A stretch of DNA of 64,000 bases, taken from the NCBI RefSeq assembly GCF_001194135.2, contig NC_068985.1, positions 1,073,490 through 1,137,489 on the forward strand, given 5' to 3'. Source of the DNA: Octopus bimaculoides. Lineage: Eukaryota. The notes under the pieces are model-generated. The model did not search any database, was not told the origin of the DNA, and saw only the letters and a list, made by a program, of their open reading frames with translations. The position numbers and the translations under genes were made by a program. Position 1 is the first letter of the stretch. The number at the start of each line of letters is the position of its first letter. Shown here piece by piece: positions 1 through 13,815 of the stretch.

Positions 1-918
1 ACGTAAAACGAGTGCTTCCGATGTAGAATCCATGTTCACCGTAATGCTTCAGCAGCATGGAGACCATTGCTATTCATCTTCCCTATACCAAAACGTCCAA
101 GACAGTTCCACATCTGCCAATCTGTTCCAACCCTGGCATTGAAATCCCTCAGAACAATGACTTTATCAGAATTGGGGATTTTCCCAAGTATGGCTCTCAG
201 CTGAGTACAGAAAATAGTTTTATCTTCATCACAACTGGTCATAGTAGGTGCATAGGCACTTATTAAAGTAGCAAACCACCCACCTCTCTGGTGCAAACGT
301 AAAGTCACTAGACAATCATTTATAGGAACAAGAAGCTCTTCCAACTTCTTAGGGATTTCAGATCGAACTGCAAAGCCAACACCAGCCTCTCTGCTCCCTT
401 CCTTCGGTTTCCCCTTCCCCCCAAAAAAGGTGTATCCACCTTCTACATCCTGAAGCTGACCATCACCTTCTAATATGAGTCTCTGAAATTACAGTTATAC
501 CAGTGTTATATTGGTTCAGCAGAGTATCTTTCAAGCCTACAGTCACTCCTGTTATCCAACCGAGTGTGCACATTCCAACATGAAATATTCAAGTTCCAAC
601 CAGATTTTATAAGAATTCTCTTTGCTTTTCAAGTGCAGGATGGACATCCGTCAATTGCACTAAACTGACCATATAGAGAAAGACAGGCAAATTTTGGTTC
701 ACTTTTTCTAGAACCTCCCCAGACTCCAGGTGAGCAGTGCCCTCTCCAAATGGAGCTGTTCAGACACCTATGCAGCAATTGAATCCCATTTCTGTCTTGG
801 GCAACAAAGAGACAACTTTATATCTAACATGGCCCACCTATGTACAGATCACTGACTACATGTTTCTAACCCCTCAGGTCTGCATGCTTCACCACCTTCC
901 CATCACTGCAGGACTTCC
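1..918 (-). mobile_element. RTE-clade LINE, 5' end with decayed APE endonuclease domain (runs off the left edge)
   Basis: ORF 36..344 contains ISAYAPT, DFNARVG and GKMNSNG. Frameshifted upstream segments give AGVGFAVRS (~361-387) and NISCWNV (~570-595). These are typical RTE endonuclease motifs. 600-918 is GC-richer putative 5' UTR. Confidence 0.85.
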
Positions 919-1544
919 AAATAAAAATACATATAAATGTATATTTAAAAAAACTCATAATGGCACCAGACATCTTGCCTCGGCTTGTCTCTGGATAATG
1001 TCAATAGAATAGAGACGTACATACACACATTAAGTCAACATTTGTGCAAAAGACATTAGCAATTTATATATAGAGGTCACCAAAAGTGATCATTAGATAT
1101 TATGAGACAGCATTAGTAACCTCTCTGATTGTTTTAAATGTCGTTTGTTTTCCTTATACGTTACTGTAATTATAAGGTTTTTTTAAAGAGATTTGATTGA
1201 GGTAACCAGACCTTGTATACATTTTAGCAATTGTTTTTGTGTCCAGCATATGTTTATTATTAAAATCATTAATACTACTCCATAACTAAAATGTTTTGAT
1301 TTGTACATGCCATTCTTTGCACAGCAGGGATTCCTTACTTTCCTTCTAAGCTCTTTGGCTGTGAACAGCTCACTTAGGTCAAAAAAAGAAAAAAATGCAG
1401 GAGATAAGGTAATCTCAAAACTGAAGTCACAGCGAATGAGGGGCACCAATTGTCTCAACCAACCCACAGTGCACTGCGGTGATACACTGTAAATTTTACA
1501 AATACTTTACCATCATTTATTTTCTGGTTTGCTTATGTTTGTTA

Positions 1545-1589
<45 letters not shown>

Positions 1590-2553
1590 GTTATTATTAT
1601 TGAATGTAATTTTGCCTTTTTTAAATAATGTATAGAGTAATCACGAGTGATGTATAATCTCCTTTGAATGCTATCTTTTATCATTTCTGTTACCACTCCA
1701 GCCTGGATGTGACATTATAGTCAGCTTAGATAGTGACAAAACTTATGCCAGAGAAACACCATTAATTTACAAGTAAACTTCAAAGAATCACTAACAAATA
1801 AGAGTGTGACAATTAACTTTGATTTACTGACACCATTTATATTTGACATTTAAGATTAGTATATTCTGTTTCTTCAACATAATCAGGTTAAAACCTAACA
1901 ATTTACAAGGACTCTATCTCACCCGCTTGGCTTTTGTCTTTTTTCTTTTTGTTTATCAGAAAGTTTAGTTTGTTATCAGTGATATTGATGAATGGCAATA
2001 GCAACAACAACAACAACAATAGCAGTAACAATAACAACAACAGCTATAACAATTGTGTCAACAGCAAAGGAAATAGTGATTGGAACTAGTAATGGTAGTC
2101 ACAAGAATAGCATGAAAAGCAGTCACAAAAGCAATGCCTCCAAAACAACAACAAAACAAAACAAAACAAAAAAACAAAACAACAAAGTCAATAAAAACTG
2201 CAACAGAAGAATTGCACAATCTCGAAAGAGTAAGCTTTTACATGGTCATTGAATCTGTTAGAAATAACTGCAAAGTTTTCCTCAACCCATACCTTAAAAT
2301 TTCAAAAAATTTGTAAGTATGTTTCGGATGAGGTAATTTTAGACAGGACAGCACAAAGAAGCAACAGAATGGAATGGCATGAATGTATAATTTTGAGGAA
2401 GACTGGTTCTTCTGCAAGAGGCGAAGAAGCAACGTTTTGTTAAAGAATTTAATTCTTTATGAACCATTCTAGTTCTTTAATTCTGTTATATTTCATCGAA
2501 GCACATCAAATATACAACATGCACATGTACATAACTCAAACATAAATCATAGT

Positions 2554-2728
2554 GCAGGCCTGGCTGTGTGGTATGAAGTCTGGTTCTTCCTAATCACATA
2601 GTTCCAGGTTCACTCCCACTATATGTCACCTTGTGTTAGTGTCTTTCACCATAGCCCTGGGTTGAACAAAACTTTGCGAATGGATTTGGTAAATGGAAAC
2701 TGAAAGAAGCCTGTTGTGTGTGTTTATA

Positions 2729-2774
<46 letters not shown>

Positions 2775-3354
2775 NNNNNNNNNNNNNNNNNNNNNNNNNN
2801 NNNNNNNNNNNNNNNNNNNNNNNNNNNNNNNNNNNNNNNNNNNNNNNNNNNNNNNNNNNNNNNNNNNNNNNNNNNNNNNNNNNNNNNNNNNNNNNNNNNN
2901 NNNNNNNNNNNNNNNNNNNNNNNNNNNNNNNNNNNNNNNNNNNNNNNNNNNNNNNNNNNNNNNNNNNNNNNNNNNNNNNNNNNNNNNNNNNNNNNNNNNN
3001 NNNNNNNNNNNNNNNNNNNNNNNNNNNNNNNNNNNNNNNNNNNNNNNNNNNNNNNNNNNNNNNNNNNNNNNNNNNNNNNNNNNNNNNNNNNNNNNNNNNN
3101 NNNNNNNNNNNNNNNNNNNNNNNNNNNNNNNNNNNNNNNNNNNNNNNNNNNNNNNNNNNNNNNNNNNNNNNNNNNNNNNNNNNNNNNNNNNNNNNNNNNN
3201 NNNNNNNNNNNNNNNNNNNNNNNNNNNNNNNNNNNNNNNNNNNNNNNNNNNNNNNNNNNNNNNNNNNNNNNNNNNNNNNNNNNNNNNNNNNNNNNNNNNN
3301 NNNNNNNNNNNNNNNNNNNNNNNNNNNNNNNNNNNNNNNNNNNNNNNNNNNNNN

Positions 3355-3403
<49 letters not shown>

Positions 3404-3576
3404 TAGATATATACACACACACACACATATACACACACATACACATACACAAACACACACACACACGTGTATGTGCCTTTGTATCTATGTTTATCCACCA
3501 CCACTGCAGCTGGTTTGTTTACATCCCTGTATCTTAGCAACATGGCTGCAGTCTAATTACTGAAATGAATAAAAGA
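2554..3576 (+). mobile_element. tRNA-like SINE, family A, with internal (TA)n/(CA)n tract containing an assembly gap
   Basis: Head GCAGGCCTGGCTGTGTGGT...GGTTCACTCCCAC, core GGAAACTGAAAGAAGCC and tail CATGGCTGCAGTCTAATTACTGAAA all recur in other copies in the window. Confidence 0.75.
2775..3354. other. Assembly gap (N run); others at 19008-19038, 28176-28185, 29470-29946, 36030-36286 and 56300-56309
   Basis: Seen directly; all lie inside simple or tandem repeats. Confidence 0.99.
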
Positions 3577-3899
3577 TGGAAATAAGATGCGTGTTCCCCC
3601 GTTTTAAATGTGATCCACATTTCACCTGTGCCCTGAACTCATAACTCTGCTGATAGATTTATATGGATCTCAATGACTAGATGCCCTGTTTGTGTCATTG
3701 AACAAGAAACTGGATTGAGTTTGCCCAAAAACTAAGCCAAATATTACATCGTCCACCTACAAGCTTTTGTTTTTGTTTTGGTTTTTGTTTGTACATTCTT
3801 ACTCCCAGCAATCTTTGGTTAAGTTTAATCAATTGAAACTAGGAAACATGCTGTTGAAGCTTGTGTCTTGGAGTCTGCTATAGAATGTATACATTAAGT

Positions 3900-4228
3900 T
3901 ATGAAGGCTTGTGCTTAAGGGGTCAGAGTTTTTGGTTCATGATTGTAAGGTCATGAATTTGGTTCTTGGCAGCGTGTTGTGTCCTTCAGCAAGACACTTC
4001 ATTTCACATTGCTCCAGTCTACTCAGCTGGCAAAAATGAGTTGTACCAGTAATTCAAAGGGCCAGCCTTGTCACATTCTGAGTCATACTGAATCTTCCTT
4101 GGAACTATGTTAAGGGTACATGTATCTGTGGAGTACTCAGCCACTTGCATGTTAATTTCACAAACAGGCTTGTTCCATTGATTCAATCAACTGAAACACT
4201 TGCCATCATAACTGATGTAATGTCAGTT
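3900..4228 (+). mobile_element. SINE family D
   Basis: CAAGACACTTCATTTCACATTGCTCCAG...CTCAGCCACTTGCATGTTAATTTCAC matches the reverse complement of 33505-33790. Confidence 0.7.
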
Positions 4229-5803
4229 ATAAATTGTGTAACAGACTCAAAGATGCACTAAATAAAATATAGACTGGATGGTCATGGCTAGCATGCTTTT
4301 AAAGTCATCTTGATTAAGATTGATCTTAGTTGTTAACAAGAAACTATGAAAGTTATTTGAAGTATTTTATTAGATTCTGGTTGTTGTTGTTGTTGTTGTT
4401 GTTGTTTTTAAAGCTGTTCTATAAAAATCTCTTTTTTAACGAATATATTTTTTATTTGTAATGACAACATAAAAGCTGATGTGATTCAATCCAAAGGGTT
4501 CTTCTTTCTTTTCTTCTCAGCCACAAATTATTATTTGTCTCTGTTAATGGCATTAAAGCAAAAAATACATAGTTTCACAATGGGTTGCGAAAATTATTTG
4601 AAGCACAGTTAATTTACTGAAAAAGTAGAAATATAATCAAAATAATATTATTGAATTAATAACAAAAAGGAAAACTAATTATAAGTAAAACCATCAATTG
4701 AAGAAATACAACAATTTGTTGAATTCATTCTGTTGATATAATAGGAAATTCATGGATACAGAAGTTGTTTGTGACAAATGCACCAAATGATCAAGACACC
4801 ATAGCAGTTAGTGGTAAATCATATCACAGAGTGATACAGTGCAATGCAGTAAACAGCAGCAGCAGCAGCAGCAGCAGAATAACTGACTGGAATATTCCAT
4901 TAGCCTTCACTTCTGTCCTTCTGTCCTTCAATGTGCTTCAATCGGGAAAGAAATACTCATTCCACAACACTGTTTCAGCCAATTCTATGACCAATAAATT
5001 AAACAAAAACAAACTTGATACAAATGAACTGGATGTTATAAATTGACAGTGAGATGAACTTGGTGCTGTTATATATTCTATTATTACATTTTCTTTTATT
5101 CTTACTAGAGTTATTCAAAAGCATTCCCCCAGCCTATAAAATAACAACTCTCAAATGAAGGGCAATATATTAAACCATTAATTCCTTCAGTCCTTATGGC
5201 CAAACGACTCAATGAACTTTTCTACAAACTTCCTGATTGATTAATTTTTGCCAACAGATCTAGCAGTGTAGCATGGATTTTGGCCACCCTGTGTGGTACC
5301 TAAATTTCATTCTCATCACCAGATGGACTGTCTTATTAACTGGTAGGAGCAGATTCGCATGAACAAGTAATGACTAACTAGACTTCTATCCAGGTAGCAT
5401 CTGTAGAAGAAGGGATACTACAACCAACACTGCATATCTGCTATACCTGGAGAACCCCACAGAACCTCCTGCTATACCTGGAGAACCTATCTGGAGAACC
5501 ACACAGCTGAGACTCCTCCACATGCATTCCAGAAGACCACTATTTATAACTCCCCACACTTCCTGTTATGAGTATGGCAAGGAAGATAACTCTTTCTCAA
5601 CAAAACCTATAGTGCAGCTCTAAATATCATTCTTCCTTCCTTAAATGTAGAGTACCTCTGTCTATAGCAAACACACAGGTGACCCTCCAGAAGAGTTCAC
5701 ACAATCTATACACCCTACTCTATGCTATAACACAAACATCCACTATTTTCTTTGGTTTCTGTATTTTATGGGAAAAAAATTGTATTCTTATAAACACTAT
5801 GAA

Positions 5804-7040
5804 TACAAGATGTCCCAAAATTAAGGCAACCAAAGTTTCAGGCTTTAATAACTATCAATGAATGAGATAAAATATGAAAATTATACACCGTTATAAAAGC
5901 TTAGTGTGTCTTCTTTTTGTTTCAGATTAAATAAATTCAGATTTATAGATTAGATAATGGCTATAGACCAATATACAATCATAACTCTCCACATAGGAGG
6001 CAAAGGTAATACAGCTATAGCAAAAAAACTTAAAATTATGTAAATAACAGTCTGGAAAATTGTCAAGAAATTTCAAGAGACTAGTTCCACTATTGATCAA
6101 CCTGGACTTGGTCAAAAAAGAAGCGTACAGACCCCTTAGCTTATCAAAAATACCAGAGAAAAGATATGGCAAAATCCTCATCATTCCATCAGAAAACTGG
6201 CTGCCACAGCAAAACTAAGCTAACCATCAATGTATCAGATGCTGAAGGAGGATCTCAGGACCCACCCCTACAAGATGATCCACCGTCATGAGCTCATGCA
6301 AGTTTATAAGGCCATGAGACTGAAGAGAAATCGTCTTATCCTGCATCAGATTGCTGAAGGCACGCTATCCAACCTGATGTTCACTGATGAAAAATAACTT
6401 GACCTCAAACAGACAGTAAACCATCAAAATGACCGACTTTGGAGTGTATCTGGCTCCGTCGAGGGTAGACTCGTAAATCGACATCAAAATCCACAGTCAG
6501 TTATGGTTTGAGAGGTTGTGATGCCACTGGAAGGTCATCCCTCCTTTTTGTGCCCAACGACACATTAGTGACATTCTGGAGGCTGAACTGCTTCCATGGG
6601 CGAATGAAAAGTTTTAAGGACTCAGTATTATCCAGAAACAACACTGGATTCAAGAAAGAAACATTCCATCATTCATACACAATGATGTATGGCCTTCAAG
6701 AAGCCCTGAACTCAACCCGTTGGGTTTTTCTGTTTGATCCATTTTGGAGACGAGGGTCTCAAGCTCTCCTCATGCTTTGCTCGACACTCTGAAGACAAAA
6801 CTGTGCTAGAAATGGGCTTTGGTTCCACAAGATCAGTTGTGTGCCACATGTGAAGCATTTACACTTAGACTTAAGGCTGTGATTTGAAACAGAGATAGTC
6901 ATATCGAATAAATGTGGTAGTGTCATAATTGTGTTTCTGTTACCATGGCATTACAACACTCAGACCTGAAATATAACAATATTTTGCTTTGGCAAAATTG
7001 AAAACAAGTTGGTTACCTTAATTTTGGGATGCCTTGAATA
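5804..7040 (+). mobile_element. Full-length decayed Tc1/mariner element (maT/Bmmar1-like by motif), about 1.24 kb
   Basis: Left TIR TA|CAAGATGTCCCAAAATTAAGGCAACCAA (5804-5833) matches right TIR TTGGTTACCTTAATTTTGGGATGCCTTGAATA (7009-7040). A transposase relic lies between them. Confidence 0.85.
5955..6830 (+). pseudogene. Mariner-type DDD transposase pseudogene
   Basis: Manual translation gives HTH-region TVWKIVKKFQET...SIRKLAA, then LMFTDEK, VNHQNDRLWS, PQSVMV and WPSRSPELNPLGFS. It has several stops and frameshifts, and the second catalytic Asp segment appears deleted. Confidence 0.8.
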
Positions 7041-7500
7041 GTTGGCTTTAAAATTAAGTTTTACCATGATCGAGAAACAAGTAAATTTGATCACAGTTAA
7101 ACAAATTTAATTAGTGATATTTCCCACATTTATTCTGTGTATAATAAATGGAACAAATATTTATTCATGAGATCAGACTTTCAAATTCAGAATTTGTCAA
7201 ACTTCTTTCCGGCAAACACTTTTGCCAATAACTTCCACAAGTGATTACAGTTAATATTTAAGATCATTCGAGAAAATATGGAAGTTGGCATATACTGTTG
7301 CATTGTCTCTGTCACATCATTTGTGTTTTTCTTGGAACTAATGCTACATAATGGCTATTGATGTAGATGTAATGTTTAACTAAATATCAGTTTATATCTG
7401 TTTTATTTTAGATGGTACAAATAGAACCTGCTTGAGACAATGATTGAGATATTCTTTAGGAATCTTTTATCTTTATACTACCTTGCATGAGTATGAATGG

Positions 7501-7890
7501 GTGTAGGCATGGCTATGAGGTAAGAAATTTGCTTCAAAACCACATGGTTCTGGGTTCAGTTCCACTGCATGGAACCTTAGGTAAGTGTCTACTATTGTCT
7601 TGGGCCAACCAAAGCCTTGTTAGTGAATTTGGTAGACAAAAACAGAAAGAATCCCATGGGGTGTGTGTGAGTGTGTACGCATGTGTGTGTGTCTTTGTAT
7701 CTGTGTTTGTCCTCCTACCACTACCTTACAACCGGTGTTGGTGCATTTACATCCCCATAACTTAAAAGTTTGATAAACAAGACCCCTAGAATAAGTCCTA
7801 GGGTTCATTTATTGAGTTAAAATTCTTGAAGGCAGTGCCCAAGCATGGTCGCAGTCTAATGACTGAAGGAAGTAAAAGATAAAAGATAAA
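7501..7890 (+). mobile_element. SINE family A (complete copy)
   Basis: Same head, core, internal (GT)n and (TAAAAGA)n tail as the other family A copies. Confidence 0.8.
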
Positions 7891-8249
7891 GGAGACCATC
7901 ATAAATTAGGTCATATGCCTTTATTTGTTTCCAGAAGATTCTTTAAATGCCACTGGAAAAGAGAAACCACATTCCTTAATATTTCGCTGCATGGAGATAT
8001 AGTCTTCCCTGCTTCATGAAGTTTTTCCATTTTAACTGATGTTAAATATTTGGCTCATTTGTACTTCCTAATTAGGAACTGTTAATGCATAAATTATGTG
8101 TAACATTTTTTTTACAAAGGAATTATGACATTTAAAATGGGTTTCATTTGATTAGCATTTGTATATTTACAAAGTGTATGTTGCCATTTCAACTCCATTT
8201 GCCATCTTAAAATCTGTTAAAATAATAAAAGTTATGAGAAGAAACCATG

Positions 8250-8920
8250 ACCTTCAAAGCTGTAATTACAAATTACTTCTCAACTCAATGACCGACTAAA
8301 CCAACAATCCACTAATGTTTTTGGATTGCAGTTTAACTCTTACACTTTGTTGGTTCAGATGGAAGCTCTGCACTCTTCCACAGCACATTGTTTCTGGCAA
8401 AATCTTTTAAATAATGCTATTGTTTCAGGAAGATTGAAAAGACATTTAACTACTAAACATGCAAGTCATAGGAAGAAAGATTTAGAACTATTTCAAAAGA
8501 CACTTGAACAAGATACAAAACAAGCAATCTATTAAAAAATTAGAAAGTACCTAACAAAGCTTAGATTACTTTTTATAAATCAACACAAACACCAACACAA
8601 CGAATGAAAGTTAATACAATAGCTATCTTACTTATTTTTGCAACCTGCCATTCAATTTGAGAACAATGTCTGGGTGAAACTGAACAAGAAATTACTAAAA
8701 TTCAATTTTCTATTAACATAATTTGAAAGAAAATAATTGAAATGTCTTCTAACATCAAGGAACATGATTCTTTTGATTTAAAGGAATTGAATATTGCTTT
8801 ACAATCTGAAGATACTTTCAATATTAGCAGGAGCACAACTGTTAGAATTTGTTCAATTCATCTAATGAATTGAAATTCCGAGCCAACTTTTATAGTGTTG
8901 AAACCTTCAAAGACATACTA
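8250..8920 (+). mobile_element. hAT (Buster/Charlie, ZBED5/FAM200-like) transposase relic
   Basis: ORF 8326..8535 contains LNNAIVSGRLKRHLTTKHASH..KDLELF, resembling the BED-finger end of Buster transposases. Degenerate IEMSSNIKE and ALQ segments follow. Confidence 0.6.
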
Positions 8921-10191
8921 GAATTCAAAATATACTTGATAGCTAGACTGCCAACTTTGAAAAATTATAACTTTCATCCAAGAATGTCATATGAATTGTT
9001 GCCCAGATGACAGTTCAATCATAATAGATTTCCACAATGGTAAAAATCCAAGTATGATACTTCATTCATTACAAGCTACATAGGGAGGCTTTTATAGAAA
9101 GACTTCAGGAAAAGAATAGAAATTTTCCTTAGATCAATCTACAATAAAAGACACTTTTGGAATTCAATGCCTTTAATACATAAATGCTTAAATAAGTTTA
9201 TAGACTTGAATATTAGTACTTAACTAACCAGTAAGATGAAAAGCCAAAGTTATAGAAATCACAGTAATTTTTAATATGAAATAGCAAATAATTTTTATAC
9301 CTCAGTAATAGACTTTATATATGTGAGTGACTTTGCAGAAATGAGCAATGACAAAATGAACATAGCTCCTGTTTTTGATATAAGAAAAATACTTGTTTAT
9401 TTTCCAGTGATATAAATATTTGTGTTTCTTTTAGTCCCATGATCAAAGATAACAGAACATTATTAACTGCTAAAGCAAAATATCTAAATCCTTTTTCTTT
9501 ACCGTTTCCTTTGATTTTTACAGTAGGTGAAAGATTCTATTTCATATAATCTTAATCTTAAAATGAAACAAGAATTTTCTTGGGTAATAACTAGAAGCAG
9601 AACCAAAGAACAGTGTTCTCAGATTTAAAATTTGCTTTGCTAAGTGTTTTAAATTCATTGCCCATGAATTATTGTTCCAAGTTTGAATCTTTTGAATGGT
9701 AGTGGTGGTGGTGGCGGTGGTGTTGGTGTTGGTGGTAGAGGTGAGGTGACAATAGTAGCAGTAGCAGTGGTGGGGATGGTCATGATGATGGTGGTATGGA
9801 TTGTGAGATGGTGAAAATACTTTCATCTGAGAAAGAAAAAAAATCATTTTGTCAAATCATCGATTTTTAATGTCCAGTTTTTCATGTTTAAGTGAATCAG
9901 ATGGAATTTGCTGATGCAGATTTTCTTGAGCCGGATGCCTTTCCTGTTGCTAACCCTTACCAGTTTCAAAGCAAAATAATAATTCCTTAGTTTATTAAAT
10001 ACTTGGACACGGCAATGTCTCTCTTGTTTATAAAGATTGTGTAACATGCCAAATCATAACATAGTTGAATGTAAGCATACAACATGGCCTGTATTTGATA
10101 GGGAGGCCATGGTTTTGTTTACAGACATTGAACACAAAAAAGACAAGAAGAAATCAAACACACTCATGCACACCCACACCCCCTCCCACCC

Positions 10192-10279
<88 letters not shown>
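10192..10279. repeat. Perfect (CA)n microsatellite at the edge of a decayed family A SINE
   Basis: Seen directly. Confidence 0.95.
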
Positions 10280-10284
<5 letters not shown>

Positions 10285-13200
10285 CAGACTTCTTCAGTTT
10301 TTGTCTACCAATTCCACTCACAACATATTGGTCGAACCACTGCTATTGTATAGAACAATCATGGCCAAACTTTGGCCCACAAAACTTTCTGAATAACAGA
10401 CCTAACAAAAAAATTACCTTGAATTTTTTTAGCAGAGCATCTTGCCTGATGACGATCCATGGTTCACGCAGTCTGCTTCATGTAAAAAAGTTTTCTATGA
10501 TTGACATAGAATGTTAATTGACAACATTCATGTAGTGACGATTGAATTTCTAGCCACATGGCTCTGAACTGAAGCAAACTCGTCAACCCTAACCAAATTA
10601 GGAAATGCAAAAGAGAACTAGGAAACCATAAATTGATAGCTGTAGAGATACTTACTAAATAAACTAAAGTTTAGGCTGTAAGTCATGATACTGCAGGGTG
10701 GAAAGAGGGAGTTAATTTGGCCCTTGTGTTTGGCTGGTATTCATTTTATTGATTCTAGGAAGATTAAAGATGAATTCGGCCATAAATGGATTCAAACCCA
10801 GAATATAAAATATTTAAATGCTGTAAGGTATTTCATCCAGCATTGTACCAACTTTAGAAACAAGAAGGAAAGGAATTCAATTGAACCCAAATGCTGTCTT
10901 TTAGTATTAATGCCATAACTGCACATATCTTATGCAGCACCAACCAAAGTTGATTATTCAAAAGATTCCCCAGTTAAATGAAAGCTACTGTCAACTGCTA
11001 GTGTCAGTCAATCAAATAAAAATAAAAAGAAGACAATCAAAATTATGAGCAAAGGAACAATAAACTAAAACTGGAACTTTCTAGAAAATAACAAACAAGT
11101 GAAACAAAGAAACTAATCATGCGATTATTTGATTATCTACTTTGTTTTTATTTTTGTTGGTTCGTTTCATTTTTTTCTTTCAAGTTGGAATAAATCAAAC
11201 ACAGGAATGTTCTAAAAAATATTACAGAATTATCTGAGACAATCACAGGGAAGAAGCACCAACCACAATACAAAATATTACCATGAAATATTTCTGTAAG
11301 CCAAGAGCAAAAAAAAATTTCTTTAAAATAACAATGAAACACAATACACAAGTAAGGTTACATAAAGAGACAACTGCTAATACTTGGTATTAAACAATTT
11401 AGTTTGTTATTTAGTATTTACAATAGTATGTACGTAACATTGAATACGGTAAGACTGAAGATATCCCAAATAAACTCTGCTATTCCAGCAAAACGAAAAA
11501 AAGCAGGGTAGAGAAGTTGAATAAAACTCTGTGAGTCAAAAACGTCATAAAAAGTGCAAAATACATTATTTTTGAAGACTAATGTTAAAACCTACAAGGT
11601 TGTCAAAGCTACTTAAAAATACATCAAAAGAACTAAGCTGAGATCTGAGTGGAGAACTGAAGAGCAAGATAATTGCCAAAACAAGGTGTACCAGTTGTCT
11701 TGAAAGATGTAAGGACCTCTTCAAACAGATTTGGTTGTTTGATTTGGACATGAAAACATTTTATTATAATATTAATATCAATTAGGTGATATCACGTGGA
11801 AGAAATGCGAACAGAAAGAAATATTTTGACATTATTTAAATATAGGAAGCAAAGCAATGTAACACAATATAAATGTAAGGAGAAACTAGCATCAAAATCT
11901 TTAAAATCTTTATAAAACCTGTTCAGATATATCAATAGTGAGTGTGATAAATAATTTACCACATGAACTCATATCAATGACATTTAATAATTTTATTAAA
12001 AAAATGAAAATAGAAATGAAGAAGACAAGGAGCACGGATCAATTTAATGAATTTCAAGATTATCAATAAAAGATATAAAAAATTTTCAAAATTAAAATGT
12101 ATGCTGACAACCTGTAAAGCTCTCATATTTATATTCTCTGTCCCAAGACCTGATAGTTGTACATGAGAAGTAAAATTGATGCTGAAAGGGCCTACAGGGT
12201 TATAAAGTAAACTTACAGGTGACCTGCAGGTCATTGAAGGAGATAAAAAATAAATGTAAAATTTAAGCCTGGCATGGATTGATTACCATAAGGCCACTGT
12301 GCCACACTTTAGGATATTGAAATAATAGGAATCAACAAAAAACTTCTTCCAGCATTGAAGTAATATATCAACTATGTCATGACAAAATGGAAGACATTCA
12401 TAATATTCTAAAAAATACAAATAGCAGTAAGTCCAATCCCCAGAAGGTGAAGGATTTTTCAAATCCTATTACTTTTTTGCCTCACTTTAACACCATTAAC
12501 TAATTTGCTGAACCAATCCAGCTACAGCTACAAGTGCTACAGGCAATCTATAAATCATGAGACACACACAAAACATACTAAAACTGTGTACAAGAAATGT
12601 CAGCCAGTTGCAAAAACTGCAAATTTTACATGAATTCAGCTAACATATAAAATTGAACGTGGAATTAGAAAGAAATATCTCCAAAGTTATTTTAGAAAGT
12701 AGCAAAGCAACGAGCCAACGGAATATTGAAATAAAGTTTACTGCCCTGATCAAGGAAATAAAAGCCCAAGGACAATATTCATAATAAAGTTTCACTAATT
12801 AGAATATTTAAGGATTATGAAAATATAAAGAAAATCATTTTCTCTTCTCGTAAGGAAAATCACTGGGATTATGATTTAACTTCACCGAGAAACAAAGATG
12901 TAGCTAAATAAACAATAGAGTGTACACACACACACATGTACACATGCATGCACATACACATACATACATACACTAAATTGATTCGGTAATAAACACATAA
13001 GATTCTATCTGGGATTCAGTTCCTCTCCCCAGAGATTAACTTTGTGACTGTGACCAACACTCTTTGCTCTCGATGGCCAACTCCGTTTATATTTGAATTG
13101 TTGTTATTGTAAGTCCCAGATCAACCCTAACCAAGCAGACCGTGACTAAAGGCAAGTCACTCGTGACTATTTTTAGGAATGGAGTACCCAGCTGGTTGAA

Positions 13201-13329
13201 TGACTTTGTTGAGGTTCCATTCGGACATGTCATTGGAATAATTGCTTTCATGGTTGTTAAGAGGCCTTTCTGACTCTTATTTCTCTCAGATGTCCCTAAT
13301 AGCCACCCATCTAAGTACTCACATTAGCT

Positions 13330-13815
13330 ATGTGTCTCTTTTATTGTCCTCACTGGTTATTCACCTTTCACGAACAGAATTGCTGTTTTTTTCCCTGTTG
13401 TTGATGTTTCTCGGGCCTTTCCTGTTCCAGGGTGTGAGTGAGTGTTGCAAGCACCTTGTTATGGCAACACTATATACCTCCCTTGAGTAAGTGCTGTTTT
13501 GCACCCTGACAAGATGTGTGCCAGTCCACCCCTTTCTCCACAAAAACCTACACAGTTGGTCTCCCTTCAAACTCCATCTGTGTAGGTTCGTTGGTGTTGT
13601 GAGTGTATCATACACCACTCACAGCAGGAAAGAGATACAAAAGGTTCCAGTCTCCACAGGTCTGTCCACGTGACCTTCCTCTTAGGGTGATCCCATTTAG
13701 TCCATGTACTCCAAGATAACCAGCTCCACTGCTCTTGACTGTTTTCTTCTTCTTGTTTCTGCACTTCTGCTTGGATCAGGACTCTCCTCACCTTGATATC
13801 CACCTTTTGCCATTG
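13330..13815 (-). mobile_element. Hero-like (RLE-type) non-LTR retrotransposon fragment, post-RT zinc-knuckle region
   Basis: Frameshifted ORFs give WTKWDHPKRKVTWTDLWRLEPF and VYDTLTTPTNLHRWSLKGDQLC. These resemble the Hero motif W.DLW.LEP..ISFLLRSVYDTLPTP.NL.RW....C..C. Confidence 0.75.

Noticed and set aside
2626-3563. Long ORFs of 228-305 aa
   Set aside because: Artefacts of the N gap and (TA)n; the same applies to 29306-30076 and 35891-36398.
4744-5046. ORF resembling a terminal exon (NSWIQKLFVTNAP...ELDVIN*)
   Set aside because: No recognisable homology, it contains an (AGC)n tract, and no partner exons could be linked.
7501-7580. tRNA gene
   Set aside because: It is the A/B-box-like head of a SINE, with no complete cloverleaf; this applies to all family A and C heads.
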